Assembly (NCBI GenBank): GCA_013265495.1
Contig: MU058591.1
Coordinates: 1 to 64,000, forward strand
Direction of reading: 5' to 3'
Source of the DNA: Vicugna vicugna
Lineage: Eukaryota
Length of the DNA: 64,000 nucleotides
The position numbers and the translations under genes were made by a program. The notes under the pieces are model-generated. The model was not told the DNA's origin. It made no database searches and saw nothing but the letters and a program-made list of their open reading frames with translations. Position 1 is the first letter of the stretch. Each line of letters begins with the position of its first letter. Of this stretch, positions 1-11,380 are shown in pieces.

Positions 1-583
1 GGGACCGGGACCACCACTGCCAAGAAGCGGCGCAGCAGCCTTGGGCCAAGATGGTGGCCGTCGTGGGCCTAACGCAGTGGAGCAAGAGCACACTTCAGCT
101 CCCCTAAGCTGAAGGGGCCACCAAGAAGCTGAGCAGCAACATCCAGCGGAGCACAGAGACGGGTGTGGCCGTGGCGATGCACAGTTGGGTCCCTTGCCAG
201 GGCAGCCGGGAGTCCACGGACGGGAGCTCCAACAGCAATAGCTCTGGCTCAGGGCTGAAAGCCAGTTCAGCGATTTCCTGGATGGGCTGGGACCAGCCCA
301 GATTGTGGGGCGACAGACGCTGGCAACGCCACCAATGGGGGACATGCACATTGCTATCATGGACCGGAGCGGCCAGCTGGAGGTGGAAGTGATTGAGGCT
401 CAGGGCCTGACCCCCAAACCAGGCTCCACATCCCTCCCAGCTACCTGTATCAAGGTTTACCTGCTCGAGAGCAGGGCCTGCCTGGCCAAGAAGAAGACAA
501 AGGTGACCAAGAAGACCTGTGACCCCCTGTACTAATAGGCTCTGCTCTTTGACGAGAGGCCCCAGGGCAAGGTGTTGCAGGTG
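1..583 (+). pseudogene. RIMS3: RIMS3 processed pseudogene (partial; 5' part outside the window, 3' end truncated at GKVLQV)
   Basis: Translates to GTTTAKKRRSSL.AKMVAVVGLTQWSKSTLQLP*AEGATKKL...QGSRESTDGS...AESQFSDFLDGLGPAQIVGRQTLATPPMGDMHIAIMDRSGQLEVEVIEAQGLTPKPG...KKTCDPLY**ALLFDERPQGKVLQV, matching RIMS3 (C2B domain) with no introns. Lesions: 1-nt deletion near 44, TAA at 105-107, ~28-nt deletion near 246 removing DGTFIFPTT, TAA TAG at 533-538. Confidence 0.95.
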
Positions 584-752
584 TACATGGGAATGCTGGC
601 TCTCTCTAGTCTTCTAAATCATAGCTTGACTTCTACCAATATGGACATCTGCCAGTGGGCTACGTGTGGTCCTTCATCTCCTGAATGGGACTGCCTGGTG
701 GAGAAGAGGCCTTGCACACTGGTCTCAGGGAACAGCGTTGTCAGAGGGTTAC

Positions 753-2184
753 CTGTACGTTGTATCAACGCTCAGGTTGGCTGCAGCTAACTCTGAAGGA
801 GGTATCCAGGCAGGTAATGTGTTCCCAGCGACCCATTTTGTCCACTCAAACAAGCCAGGCTCCACACGGATCTTCAAGTGATTTTCTTGTTGTAAGCCTT
901 TCAAGATGTTGTACGCAGTCTGAACGCAGCGCAGGGACAGGGAGCAGTAGACATGGTCGATGACGGTGTTGCTCTCTAACCTTGCCCCACTAATCTCTCT
1001 TGCATACATCCAAACACGGTGATTGGAGCATCTTTCTCATAATCTCGGAAACTGCCACTCCGCGAAGGTAAACTGTGCGGCATGTTCAGGTTGGTGCGTA
1101 TGTAGCGGCCTTTGGCATCAAAGCACTGGGATAGCCAGTACTTCCCAAAGACAACATCCATCCTCTCACTGTGCCGACACACAAACAGGCGTCTCTTTTG
1201 AGGACCATGCTGGCCGCTGACCCGCAGACTGGGTGGGCTGGCAGATGAGCGTCAGGGGAGTGGTGTCCCCCAGGCCCTGGTCCTCGTCCTGCCACCTCTC
1301 CAACAGGCCAACCCCAAATGAGAGTGCCTTGGACGATGATGCATTTAAGATGGAGTAAGAACCGTGGAATATCCAGGTGCTGCGCTCGTCAGCCTTGGTG
1401 ATGTAGTTTTCAGGCAGGAGTCTGGAGCAGCCGGTGGTTAAGGATGTGCTGTAGACCCAGCCCTCGCTGGTGCTGGTCTGTTCCATGGGAGACATGAAGA
1501 TGGAGTCCCCGGGGACCAGCTCCGGCTCATCGTCATTCTGCGGGGTGTAGGCATAGATCACCTGCAAGTCTCGTGGTTAGCAAGTCGGATATCCCAAGAG
1601 AACATGGTAGCCACCCAGTTGCACCCGAGTTTGACATCAATGTTCTGGGCTAGTTTCTCTAGGGTGGGCAGGTGGCTGGCTTGAAAGTGGTAAGCCAGGG
1701 TCACATGCAGCTGTTTCTTGTGAGGTTCCACGTGCACTTCAGTTTTGGAGGCAGCCTCTGCAGCAAAGTCTTCGGCAAACTTCTTGAGGACTTCTGTGCT
1801 GTCTTCCTTCACGAAGAGGCCGATGAAGTTGGAGGAGGTGTAGAGCTCCAGGGGCAGCAGGGCAGAGAACTTACACTTCCAGCGACTGACCGTCATCTGC
1901 AGGGCATCCCCCAGGGCGTCCACCTTGTTGTCCTCACACATGAAGAACTGGCAGAGGGTGATGTGGGGGAAGATGCTGTGTGCCTTGTTCTTGCCACAGA
2001 TCTGCTTTGACTGCTGCCAAAAGTAGGAAAGCTTCTGCGCGCTAAGGGGCCAGTGGGGCGGAGGAAAAGGACGTACTCCCGGGGCAGGGGGCATCCAGGA
2101 AGGGCTCGCGGACGTGGGAGGACAACCAACCCGTCACATGCCGCCTGAACACTTCTTCCTCCTGTGGATCCCAAGGCTTTTTGT
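753..2184 (-). pseudogene. UBASH3B: UBASH3B (STS-1/TULA-2) processed pseudogene: end of UBA, 2H-phosphoesterase-like, SH3 and N-terminal part of the histidine phosphatase domain
   Basis: Intronless fragments QKALGSTGGRSVQAACD, REYVLFLRPTGPL, SKQICGKNKAHSIFPHITLCQFF...HKKQLHVTLAYHF, QVIYAYTPQNDDEPELVPGD (SH3), CRHSERMDVVFGKYWLSQCFDAKG, RCVQTAYNILKGLQQENHLKIRVEPGLFEWTKWVAG...LSVDTTYR. Frameshifts near 2125, 1567, 1227 and 985; RHGER motif changed to RHSER. Confidence 0.96.
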
Positions 2185-2419
2185 CCTCTGTAACTCTGGT
2201 CAGGGCCCAAAGCAAGGAGGCAAAGCTCTTGTTATCAAACCGTCCATCCACTCAGCGATGGGGACTCTGCACCTCCTTCAGGGCCTTGAGGAATCGGATC
2301 TCAAACCAAAGCTGTAGAGAAGGACTCCTGGGTCCCCAGCTCATCATCAGGGCCCGACTTCCCCTCACTCGGACGGAGGGGCTGCTCCAACCTGCAGCAT
2401 GGCTGCTGCGGCTCCTGCT

Positions 2420-2900
2420 GGCCTGGCAGATGGTCCATTTAATCAAATATTCTATATGTACTTAGAACACATGTATTTTCTCAAGTTACTGATTTCAAGG
2501 GTTAAATATATCCGGTAATTTTTTTTTTACTTATGTTCTTCAAATATTTTGTTTCCAGGATAATTATTTGTATACATCATCTGTTAGTAACTCTGAGAGT
2601 TATGTTAAAATCTCCACATATCATACAAGATTTATCAACTTCCTTTTGAAATTCTGTTATATTATGATTATATATTTTGAAGCTTTAATATGAGATGAAT
2701 ACAAGTTGTCTCTCATAGTTATTTTTTTTAAAATCCAAATTACTATGTTTGTATACCAGCTCTCTTTTTGATAACATTTGCCTGATGATTTTTTCTATCT
2801 TTTAAATATTGAATATTTGTTAGCATTTTAATATTTTGGTTTTTGTAGTGATAGAACATTTTAACTTTTAAAAAATGTTATGTTTTGAGCGATAGCATGC
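2420..2900 (-). mobile_element. Ancient L1 ORF2 (endonuclease region) fragment adjoining the UBASH3B retrocopy
   Basis: Antisense L1M-like motifs (ATGGTCCATTT...ATATTCTATATGTACTTAGAAC, TGAGAGTTATGTTAAAATCTCCA); abrupt GC-rich to AT-rich transition at ~2435. Confidence 0.6.
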
Positions 2901-3769
2901 TTTGTGTCTTACTCATACATTAAATGGACTGTTACTTGAAAAATTAAATATAATTATTTAAATTTTCTGTGTGTATGTACCACTAAAGACACTTCAGAAT
3001 TCTAATTCTGAATTTTAATTTTTTTCTTACTTATAATAGAGGTGATTCATTTTCTTATGTGTTTTTTAATTTGGGGTTTTGTACTTAATGCTTAGCAGAG
3101 CACTGTTTTCCTGTGAAAGTACCGTGAAGGCTATGATGAGGTAGGAATCTACAGAAAGAATTGGAGTTGTTTCCTTCTGTTTGTATACAGTGCTACAAAT
3201 AAGTGACTAATTTAAGTTCACTTCCATGTTTAAAGTGTCCTGGTTCATTCAGATAGTATGAAATAGAACATTCAGCTCACAGTAGGTAAGGACCTCCAGT
3301 TATGAATTCTGACAGCTGTAATGTTTATATCCTCCTAGGACCCACCTGTAGAAGAATTGTCTAATCTTCTCCTCTGATAATAGGCTGCTTTTTTTAAACT
3401 CGGACTCCTCTTTTAATATGACGTTGTCTCTCCAGTGTCTTTTCTTTGTATGAAGTATCATTGTCAAATCCTCCCCTTGCAAAGACATGAGGCTTTATCT
3501 TCTCTCTCTCTCACTCTCTCTCTCAACAGGTCATTAAAATCCAACCTGTAAGTTACAGAGAACAACAAATCTCTCTAGGGAGCCACTTCACCTATGTAAG
3601 TTTCTTTTGCCACAATAATTTTTCAATCCCCTTCATGTTTTAAAACCTAAGGTTTATATTTGTTTCTGTAAGCTCTGCTATGTTTTACTTCCATATGTAT
3701 GTTGGAGGATATTTACAATACCTAGTTTATCATGTTGCCATAAATGGAAGTCTTAATTCATTCTACAGA

Positions 3770-4345
3770 CTACAGCCAAAATCATCTTTTCAAAAGGGAA
3801 AACACATGCTTAAAATCCTTCTAACGCCTTTCCAATGATCCTTGGATTAAGACAAAGCTTTGAAAAAGGGCCGACTGGATGCATTTTTCTATGTAAGCTG
3901 TAGCTTTACTTTGTGCTATATTTTATTTGACATTTTTTAATCCAGAAATTACAGACTTGCATCATAATTTTCACTGCTATCAAAGGGCCTTTTTACATGT
4001 TTTTTTCTCTGCCTCGAACATTCTTCCCTCTTTTCTTCCTCCAGTTAATCCCCACTTTCCTTTAGATCTCCATTCAAGCTTTAGTTTCTCAGGAAAGTCT
4101 TTCATCACTTCCTGACTTGATCCTTTTCTTTCCTCCCCAAGAGCACTCGTAACATTTCTCACTGTTTATCTATAGTCATACTTACATTTTAAAATTCCAT
4201 ATGTGTCTACAAAATTATTTGATTTATGTGTTTCTCTACCTGGACTGCAAATTCTCTGAAAAGAATTGTATTGTTTCTGTTTTCATTCATGCTGATTGCC
4301 CCTAGAACCCCAAACAAAGTTGACACTAAATACATATTTGTATAT
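3770..4345 (+). mobile_element. L2 3' region remnant
   Basis: Degenerate L2 motifs: CATGCTTAAAATCCTT, CTCTGCCTCGAACATTCTTCCC, TCAGGAAAGTCTTTC, GGACTGCAAATTCTCTGA, AAATACATATTTG. Confidence 0.6.
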
Positions 4346-5544
4346 TGACATAAACAAAATATAAACATGGGCTACTTTTGAATAGAGAGTGTTCAGGTTT
4401 CTTTTTTTCCAGTCAAGAAAGATTCCTGTTATAAAGAGGACCAGAGATGCATGTAGAACTAACATGCTGTCTGAAGTTAGGAATTTAAGTTTCCCTTGGT
4501 CAGGATAAAACAGCAATCTTTTCTTCCTTTCACTGCCTTCATTCTTTAATCTATAGGGTCATATTTCCATTAGATGATGCCATGTTAGCAGCACCCCCGT
4601 CCACAGGAGTCCTGGGTATCCAGAACTCAAAAGTAGACGTGAATGGTTGGTGCCCTGCAGCCTTGTGTTCCTGATTAGCATATATGGTGGGGGTTCAAAA
4701 ACAATGACAACTTATCGATGGCAAGAGTGCACGTGAGCTAGGGTGCTCCTATACACACTAGATTTACTCATAGGGATGGAATATGTGTTTATGAGCCATT
4801 GCTTAGCAGATACTTGAAGTTCCATCAGATGGATCTAGCAGTCTCCAAATTGTGGGCTTTGTTCAAGTAAACGTTCTCACCAGAATTGCAGGGTGAAGTT
4901 AATCAAGAAACCAATAAGCAAACAAAAGGGATGGAGAATCTGGTTGTATGGCTGATAAACTATGATTTAAAAAGCTACCTAATTTTATCTTATGTAAGCA
5001 GATAGCCGAGCCCATCCACAGGAGTCAGAGAGGAAAGTAATGGCAAAGCCAGGAGAGTTCAAGTTTAGATTGCGAGAGACATTGTACTGGAACAGGAATT
5101 CACGACAGTAATTCAAACAGAAGGTCTGGTGCTATAACTGGGTTTAGTGAAGAGGACAGAAGAAAGAAATATATCTGGGGTTGGAACTTGAGTACAAAAA
5201 CACTGTTACTAGAAGAAAGACCCAGTAAGAATGAGATGAGGGTTGGGGGTCATCAGGTCCGTCAGCAGGTTAGCACTGATGCTCCATGACCCAGTTCATC
5301 TGCCATGAAGAAGGACTCCAAAATCCTACGAGACTGTCAATAGGATATTTTGATCTCAACTTAATGGACAGGAAATCTTTATTTTCTCTTCCCTCTTTGC
5401 TTTAGTTAATTCCCACTTTCTTTCAGATCTCAGTCCAAGCTTCACTTCTCTCAGGAAAGCCTTTCCTGAATTCTTAAATTGGTCCCAGTCCCTCCTCCTC
5501 CATGTTTGTGTTAGTTCATTCCATAGTTTATCAGTTTTCTTATT

Positions 5545-5590
5545 TTTTTTTACTGAAGTATTGTTGATTTACAATATTGTGTAGTTTATT
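5545..5590 (-). mobile_element. Very short 5'-truncated L1 3' end
   Basis: T-run followed by ACTGAAGTATTGTTGATTTACAATATTGTGTAGTTT, the same terminus as the copies at 37931 and 46556. Confidence 0.6.
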
Positions 5591-6796
5591 TATTTGTTTA
5601 TTGGCATACCTACTACAACATAGACATTGATGTACAAGCTAGTGATACAGAAGTGAATCACACACCATCATGGTCTTGGGGATGTCTCTGTCCAGAACAC
5701 CCAGCTTTGGGTGAGTGTGCAGACAGAAGGGAACTGTGAGCTATGATTTTGTGTGGTTGATGGAGGGCCAGCTCAGGGAGAAACAAGACAACAGACATGA
5801 GTTTAGGAAATATTATAAGTAGTAGCACTTGCGCAATTCTGAAACTCACTAAAAATAACCTCCAGTCTGTCCCTGAGTGCCACACAGAAGAAACAAAGGG
5901 TAATAGGAAACCCACTGGGGTCTGCAGATCCGTTGACTTAAACACACTATTAATTACTTTTTGTCTATAAGCAGGCCCTATTCAAAAGTGGCACGTTTTC
6001 TACATTTCAGTAACAGCTTGAGTGGGAAATTTCTGACTCCTAATATCTGAAGAAAAGAAATGAATAAATTAGTTGCAACACAAATCTGTTTGAGCAGCGT
6101 TTTAATTTTTTTCCCCCATGGACATAGGATGAGGTTATCTGGCAGATATTTGATATTCTTGTTAATTCTCGAGCTATGCTAATAAATGTGCAATTAGGCA
6201 AAACGCTTTCCGTCACATAACAGGCAAGAGAAGAAAGCACTGATTCAAAATACAAAAGCCTTTCCTGCTCTGGCATGGCTCCTTCATCAGGATAAACCAG
6301 GTTGGATCATGACAGAGGCCTTTCTGCCAGAGCCTGGATTTTCATAATGTGTGAGATGCTTTCTCCTTGTAATTACCGATAATGTTGCTGGGTGAACTGA
6401 AGACACATTGAGCAGCGAATTAGCTATCACAACACTCTATTGCAGGGCATGGGAGGCGGCAGCCCTGCTATTTACATCATGCAGACTTCAAATGCAATTT
6501 TTGGATCAGCACACCCTGTTCTCATTTTCACTTTTATCCTTTCTCTCCTCATTTGCCCTGAGAAATATCCTTTGCACATTGTCATGTCATCTGCGCTGTT
6601 TGGAATTGTTATTCAAAATCAATACTGCTACTGCATCTAAACTTTCCCTTCAGAGCATTCATCACTTGCCCATTATGAATAATGAAATAACTCCTTTATG
6701 TTTTTAGGCACTGCTTATCTTACTTCAGGAATTCCTTAATCCATCAAAAACACGCGGCTGCTTGACATTTAACCTAGAAGAGCATTTACTCTATGG

Positions 6797-7162
6797 ATGA
6801 GTCAGTTCAGGCTCCTCTAACAGAATAGCGTAGCCTGGGTGGCTTAAACAGTAAACGTCTATGTCATGCAGCTTGGAAGCTGGGAAGTCAAGACCAAGGT
6901 GCTGGCTGGTTTGGTTCCTAGTGAGAGCTGCCTTCTGGTTTGCAGGTGGCTGTCTTTTTGCTGCGTCCTCACAACGTGGAGAGAGACAGCAAGCTCTCTG
7001 GCCTCTGTCATAAGAGTACTAATTCCATTATGGGGGCTCCATCCTCATGGCCTCATTAAACCTAATTACCCTACAAAGGCCCCAGCTGCGAATGCCTTCA
7101 AATTGGGGGTTTGGGGCTTTAACGTATGAATCTGAGAGGGGACACAGGTATTCAGCTCATGA
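6797..7162 (-). mobile_element. MaLR solo LTR (MLT1A-like)
   Basis: CTGGGTGGCTTAAACA...GGAAGCTGGGAAGTCAAGACCAAGGTGCTGGC...CTAATTACCC...AAAGGCCCCA...TATGAAT...GGGGACACA, the typical antisense MLT1 LTR motif order. Confidence 0.85.
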
Positions 7163-7867
7163 TGCACTAGGACAGCAAAACATCACCAGTTTGCTACTGG
7201 TCCGTCCAGTTCAGAGTCCTGTGACCAGTTCAGTGACCACTAATGTACAGACTGTGGGAGACTGCTTCCTGTGGCAGGACATTTTCAGTTTGTGGGTTTT
7301 CAATATTTTTGTCAGAACCTTCACTTGGAATTAGAAATAAATTCAAAAGGTATTATTCAAATTACTTCAAATTTTCTTAAAGCCATTAATTCTGCAAAGC
7401 CCCAAGTATGTCTTATAGAGACAGCCCTTTCACGTCTCATTTAAGTGAACATTTTTTACTTTGCAATCCAGTTGTCTATTTCATGAGATCAATCCACTTT
7501 TTTTTTTTTTTATCTCTGATGGTCTATTATTTCTATATTTAACAACCTGGCCCAGTTTTTCCTGTCCAGCTAAACTGAAGAGTTCAAGAGTTACCTTTGG
7601 ATTAACTCTTCGAGGTTAAAAAGCTTTCCTAAACCTGCCTTGAAAGACTTTTGAAGACTTACTGAATTGGAAAAGTAAACTGCTGTTCTCTCATTATCCA
7701 GACTTTCCCACTGAACAGAATTGAGCTTAATTCTAACCTTGCATCCCCTGACGTTTGAGTTGGTTCAAATCTCAGTATATATTCCCTTTCAATTCAAATT
7801 GCCACCAAGAACAGGGACACCTCTGGATGCTGTTAGCTTTTCTAAAATTATCACCAATCTCTTTAGC

Positions 7868-7910
7868 AACTATAGAAAGAAAAGTAACTAACTATAGAAA
7901 GAAAAGTAAC
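7868..7910 (+). repeat. Tandem duplication of a 22-bp unit
   Basis: AACTATAGAAAGAAAAGTAACT followed immediately by AACTATAGAAAGAAAAGTAAC. Confidence 0.95.
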
Positions 7911-9649
7911 AGGATATCCTACTGAGCTGAGATTGGGGTGAGGGAGGGAGAAATCTGTAAAAGCTTCTTTGTCCATTTCCTTAGAATTAATGTAGGAATG
8001 TGTCCTATAGTAAAGCTTCAAGTGTTCTCTTCAAAACAGTTTGAATAAACTCAAGCAGCAAAATAAAGGGAGAATAATGTATGTTGGTGTCACTTTTTAC
8101 AATCTTCCTAAAAATACGGACAATTATGTTTTGCCTTCTCTGATTGGTTTGTGTAGAAAAAAATCTAGAAGTTCTCACATCTCTGTGTGAATTTTAATTC
8201 CCATTTTTATATTTGAATAAAAATAGTATCAAACAAAAAAATCAGGCTGTAAAAATACTGAAAAACACTCTCATGTAGACATTACTAAATCACATAATAA
8301 TTTTTCTTTAAATAAGATGCAAATAAAACTACATTGCTAGGGCAACTATAATTCAGTGAAATAAGGCTTCAATAGTCCCACAAGAGAAAGATAATGGAAA
8401 ATCTTATTTCTGTTGTATATTCTACAAGAAAAAATAAGCCTTAATTATGATGCTAGTTGAAATATTTTATAGAAAAGATCAGGTTGCCTTGAAGAGTAAG
8501 CTGAGATGCTTCATTGGGTTTATTTAACATAAAGTTTTCTTTTTTAAGCTTTATTTCAAACACAGATAAATGGAGACATCCAGCTTAAGAGGGCTGATCG
8601 AAGCCACATCATAGAATCTCTCTTCAATAATAGCCAATAATAACGGGGAAAATCACCGAAATATCAAAAAAATAGAATCCAAACCAAATCAACCAATCAA
8701 ATTAAAAAACACAAAGAAAACAAGGAAAGCAGTGGAATATTCTGGAGAAAAAAAAAGATGATCCTTAACCCTTTTTGTATTTCCTAACAGTGGTACTCAT
8801 GAGTTAACAAATCTCCAAGGATGGAAAGACTTAAACTGTCTAGGCACCCTCCCTTACCTTTTCTTCAACTGGGGAATAAGGAAATTAATATTAGGAATGA
8901 GGTTGAGGATAAGTGAGAAAAGACAGATGGATATTCTGTTCTGCACATAATGCCTTTAGGGCTGCTCAGTTAATCATTAGGTGAATCTGAAACCTGAAGA
9001 TATCTCCCCAGCTATAACTGCCCTCCAACCGTGTGAAGAAAATCTTATTACAGAACAGATATAACTATCTCACACATGAGAGCAGAAGCCAGATATTCTA
9101 ATGACAACAAAAACTTCAACTCTAATGTGGACCTAATACAAAATAGCTAAATGGATGGAACAAAAGTCATCACTTTTAAGCTCTAATTCAAGCAGGAAAA
9201 CAAGTCTTAAATGTAGTTGTAAATATTAAACATTTAAAATGTCACAATATTTTATCAGAGCAAGCAAAAGTTTTGGAAAGAAATTCCTAAGCATTGGGAG
9301 ATGAAAAGAAATGGCTTTGTTCCTATGTAAATAAAGTTTAGGAAGGAATGTAGAAAGGAAGAAAAGATAAAGGAAGGAAGGAGTGAAAGGAGAAAGGAGG
9401 TAAGGGGTGAGGAAAGAAAGACATAAGTAACACACAAAGACTGCCTAGAAGAAAGCATAACCCAATGAACATAAAAAAAAAAATTATCTCTACTTTTATC
9501 CTTAGTCCCTAATATAGCACCTTATTAAAACTGATTTCAGTAAAAAAAAAAATTCATAAAAGGAATGAATAAAAAACAAAATGCTATAAAAATATAAATT
9601 ATAGATCTAATTAAATAGATAAAGGGCCAAAATAATTTCTCTAAAGTCT

Positions 9650-10060
9650 AACATTAATTAGAATTATCAGAAACCATGGTTAATTTTTTTTTCAACTACA
9701 GGAAAAATCTTGGGAAAATGTAGACGGAAAAGACAAATATATTAAAACAACCTAAAAAGGTTATTTGATATTGAAAATAAATTAAGCAGGGATCATTGGT
9801 ACCTTTGAAGTAGAGTGCTTAATAAATGAAGATAAACATTTTTCAAAATAGTGTGTAAGAAGATAATTTTCTTTAAATAAACATCTCAATTTGTTGCTTA
9901 AAAAATCATGACATAAAACAGGAAAATTGTTTTCAGGCATTTAAGCCATTTAAAAGAGGACAAATATCTCACAGAGCTCAGACCTCTTTACAGCAATTTT
10001 TATAGCTAGAAGGCAATAGAAAAGTTTGTAGAGATCCAAAATAATATATATGAAAAATTG
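9650..10060 (+). mobile_element. Highly decayed L1 ORF1 remnant
   Basis: A-rich; CAGACCTCTTTACAGCAATTTTTATAGCTAGAAGGCAATAG resembles the L1 ORF1 'ADFS..T..ARRQW' region. Confidence 0.5.
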
Positions 10061-11018
10061 GTATATTATGAAAATGTACAGTGAGGTTCACTTATATAGG
10101 AGTGAATTTTGAGCTTCTCCTATATTATTCTTTTTTGATTCCTCGGCATGCTTTTATTACTTTCTTGACAATATTTTTTTCCAGATCAGGCCTGCAACAA
10201 TAAACTATGCCAATATACTTGAGAATACAAAGAGTTGTAAAGGTCCAAAGATATTTGAGAATGACAAGGCTGCTTTCATTCAATGAACTAGCAAGCAGAA
10301 AGGACAGAGGTACAGGACAAATAAGAATGACAATTACTGGACACAGCTTTACGGGGCCTCCCCAAGTCCTTAAAGATGTGAACGAATTTGGTGATTAGTG
10401 CAGCCTGCGTGGAGCAAGGATCTCCCTTGGTCAGAGGAACAAAACTCCTGGTCTCATAGACTAAGATGCCCCTAGACTGGATGTGGGGTTGTTGGGGACA
10501 GGGCCTCAGCACGTGACATAAAACCTCATAGAAACATTATCTCACTGGCTGTTTCTGCTTCCTCTCCTTTCCTGGTTCTTACACTCATCTTTGACCTTAT
10601 TAATATTGAAGAACCCCCATCTTTGGACCTCTTCTCTTCGCTAGCCGTCCCTTCCAATATCATAGTCTTTTCCATGAGTCCCATAATGAACTGAAAATAT
10701 TCTCAGAACAATTAAAATTAATATGAGAGCTACATAAATGAATTGGGGAGGGTGGTTACACACAATTTTGAACTACTGACATTCTTTTATCAAGTCAAAT
10801 AATTGAAAGTTGTCAGTATTTTCTTGAGTAAGCTTTTGATTAATGATGCTTGTCTTACAATGAGATGTCCAATAGTAGAAACATGAAAGCATTTAGAAAG
10901 GAAGAAAATTAACTAACTAACTAAATAAATAAATGTTCAGTGTCATAGAATTTGTAGACTTTCAAGGAAATCAGGTTATGGGCCAGAGTTTCATTACTTC
11001 ATTAAGAAAGAGTTACCC

Positions 11019-11090
11019 TTTTTGACACAACATTGTAAAATGATTACAAATCAATAAAAAATGTTAAAAAAAAAAAAGAAGAAGAAGAAG
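11019..11090 (+). mobile_element. Ultra-short young L1 insertion with poly(A)/(GAA)n tail and TSD
   Basis: TTTGACACAACATTGTAAAATGATTACAAATCAATAAAAA closely matches the reverse complement of the L1 3' end at ~40545-40590; TSD AAGAAAGAGTTA at 11004-11015 and 11091-11102. Confidence 0.85.
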
Positions 11091-11380
11091 AAGAAAGAGT
11101 TATCCATTTACTCTTCCCTGACATAAGCATAAATATTGCCTAGGACATGATGGCATTTTAGGAGAGATCACACAGTAGTGGAACTCAGATTATTTTATAA
11201 ATAATAAAGCAAAACCTCTGAATTTCTGTTTGACTCCTTTTTGTCCTTGAGGAAGCAGTTTAAAACTACAGTAAGTTTATCAGAAAGCTTCCCCCAACCC
11301 TTTTTTTTTTTTTATGACAGTTGCTTTAAAAATGGGCTTTCTTCTCAAGAGAGAAAATATCAATGTCATGTGGTGTGTCA

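Noticed and set aside
305..535. RIMS3 C2-domain ORF as a functional gene or exon
   Set aside because: Intronless context, upstream frameshifts and stop, and tandem stops at 533-538.
533..538. Adjacent Gln-to-stop changes as an APOBEC editing signature
   Set aside because: Too few sites to judge, and cDNA editing would give G-to-A on the sense strand; cannot be separated from neutral decay without an alignment.
1672..2010. Plus-strand ORFs over the UBASH3B region, and minus-strand ORFs over CHTOP (32333-33496)
   Set aside because: Antisense shadows of GC-rich pseudogene coding sequence.
1558..2094. 178-aa ORF, the longest in the window, as a functional retrogene
   Set aside because: It is an inter-frameshift fragment of the UBASH3B pseudogene with an out-of-frame N-terminus.
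4540..5350. Possible old LTR; TCCACAGGAGTC occurs near 4600 and 5015
   Set aside because: No family could be recognised with confidence and the 12-mer match does not extend.
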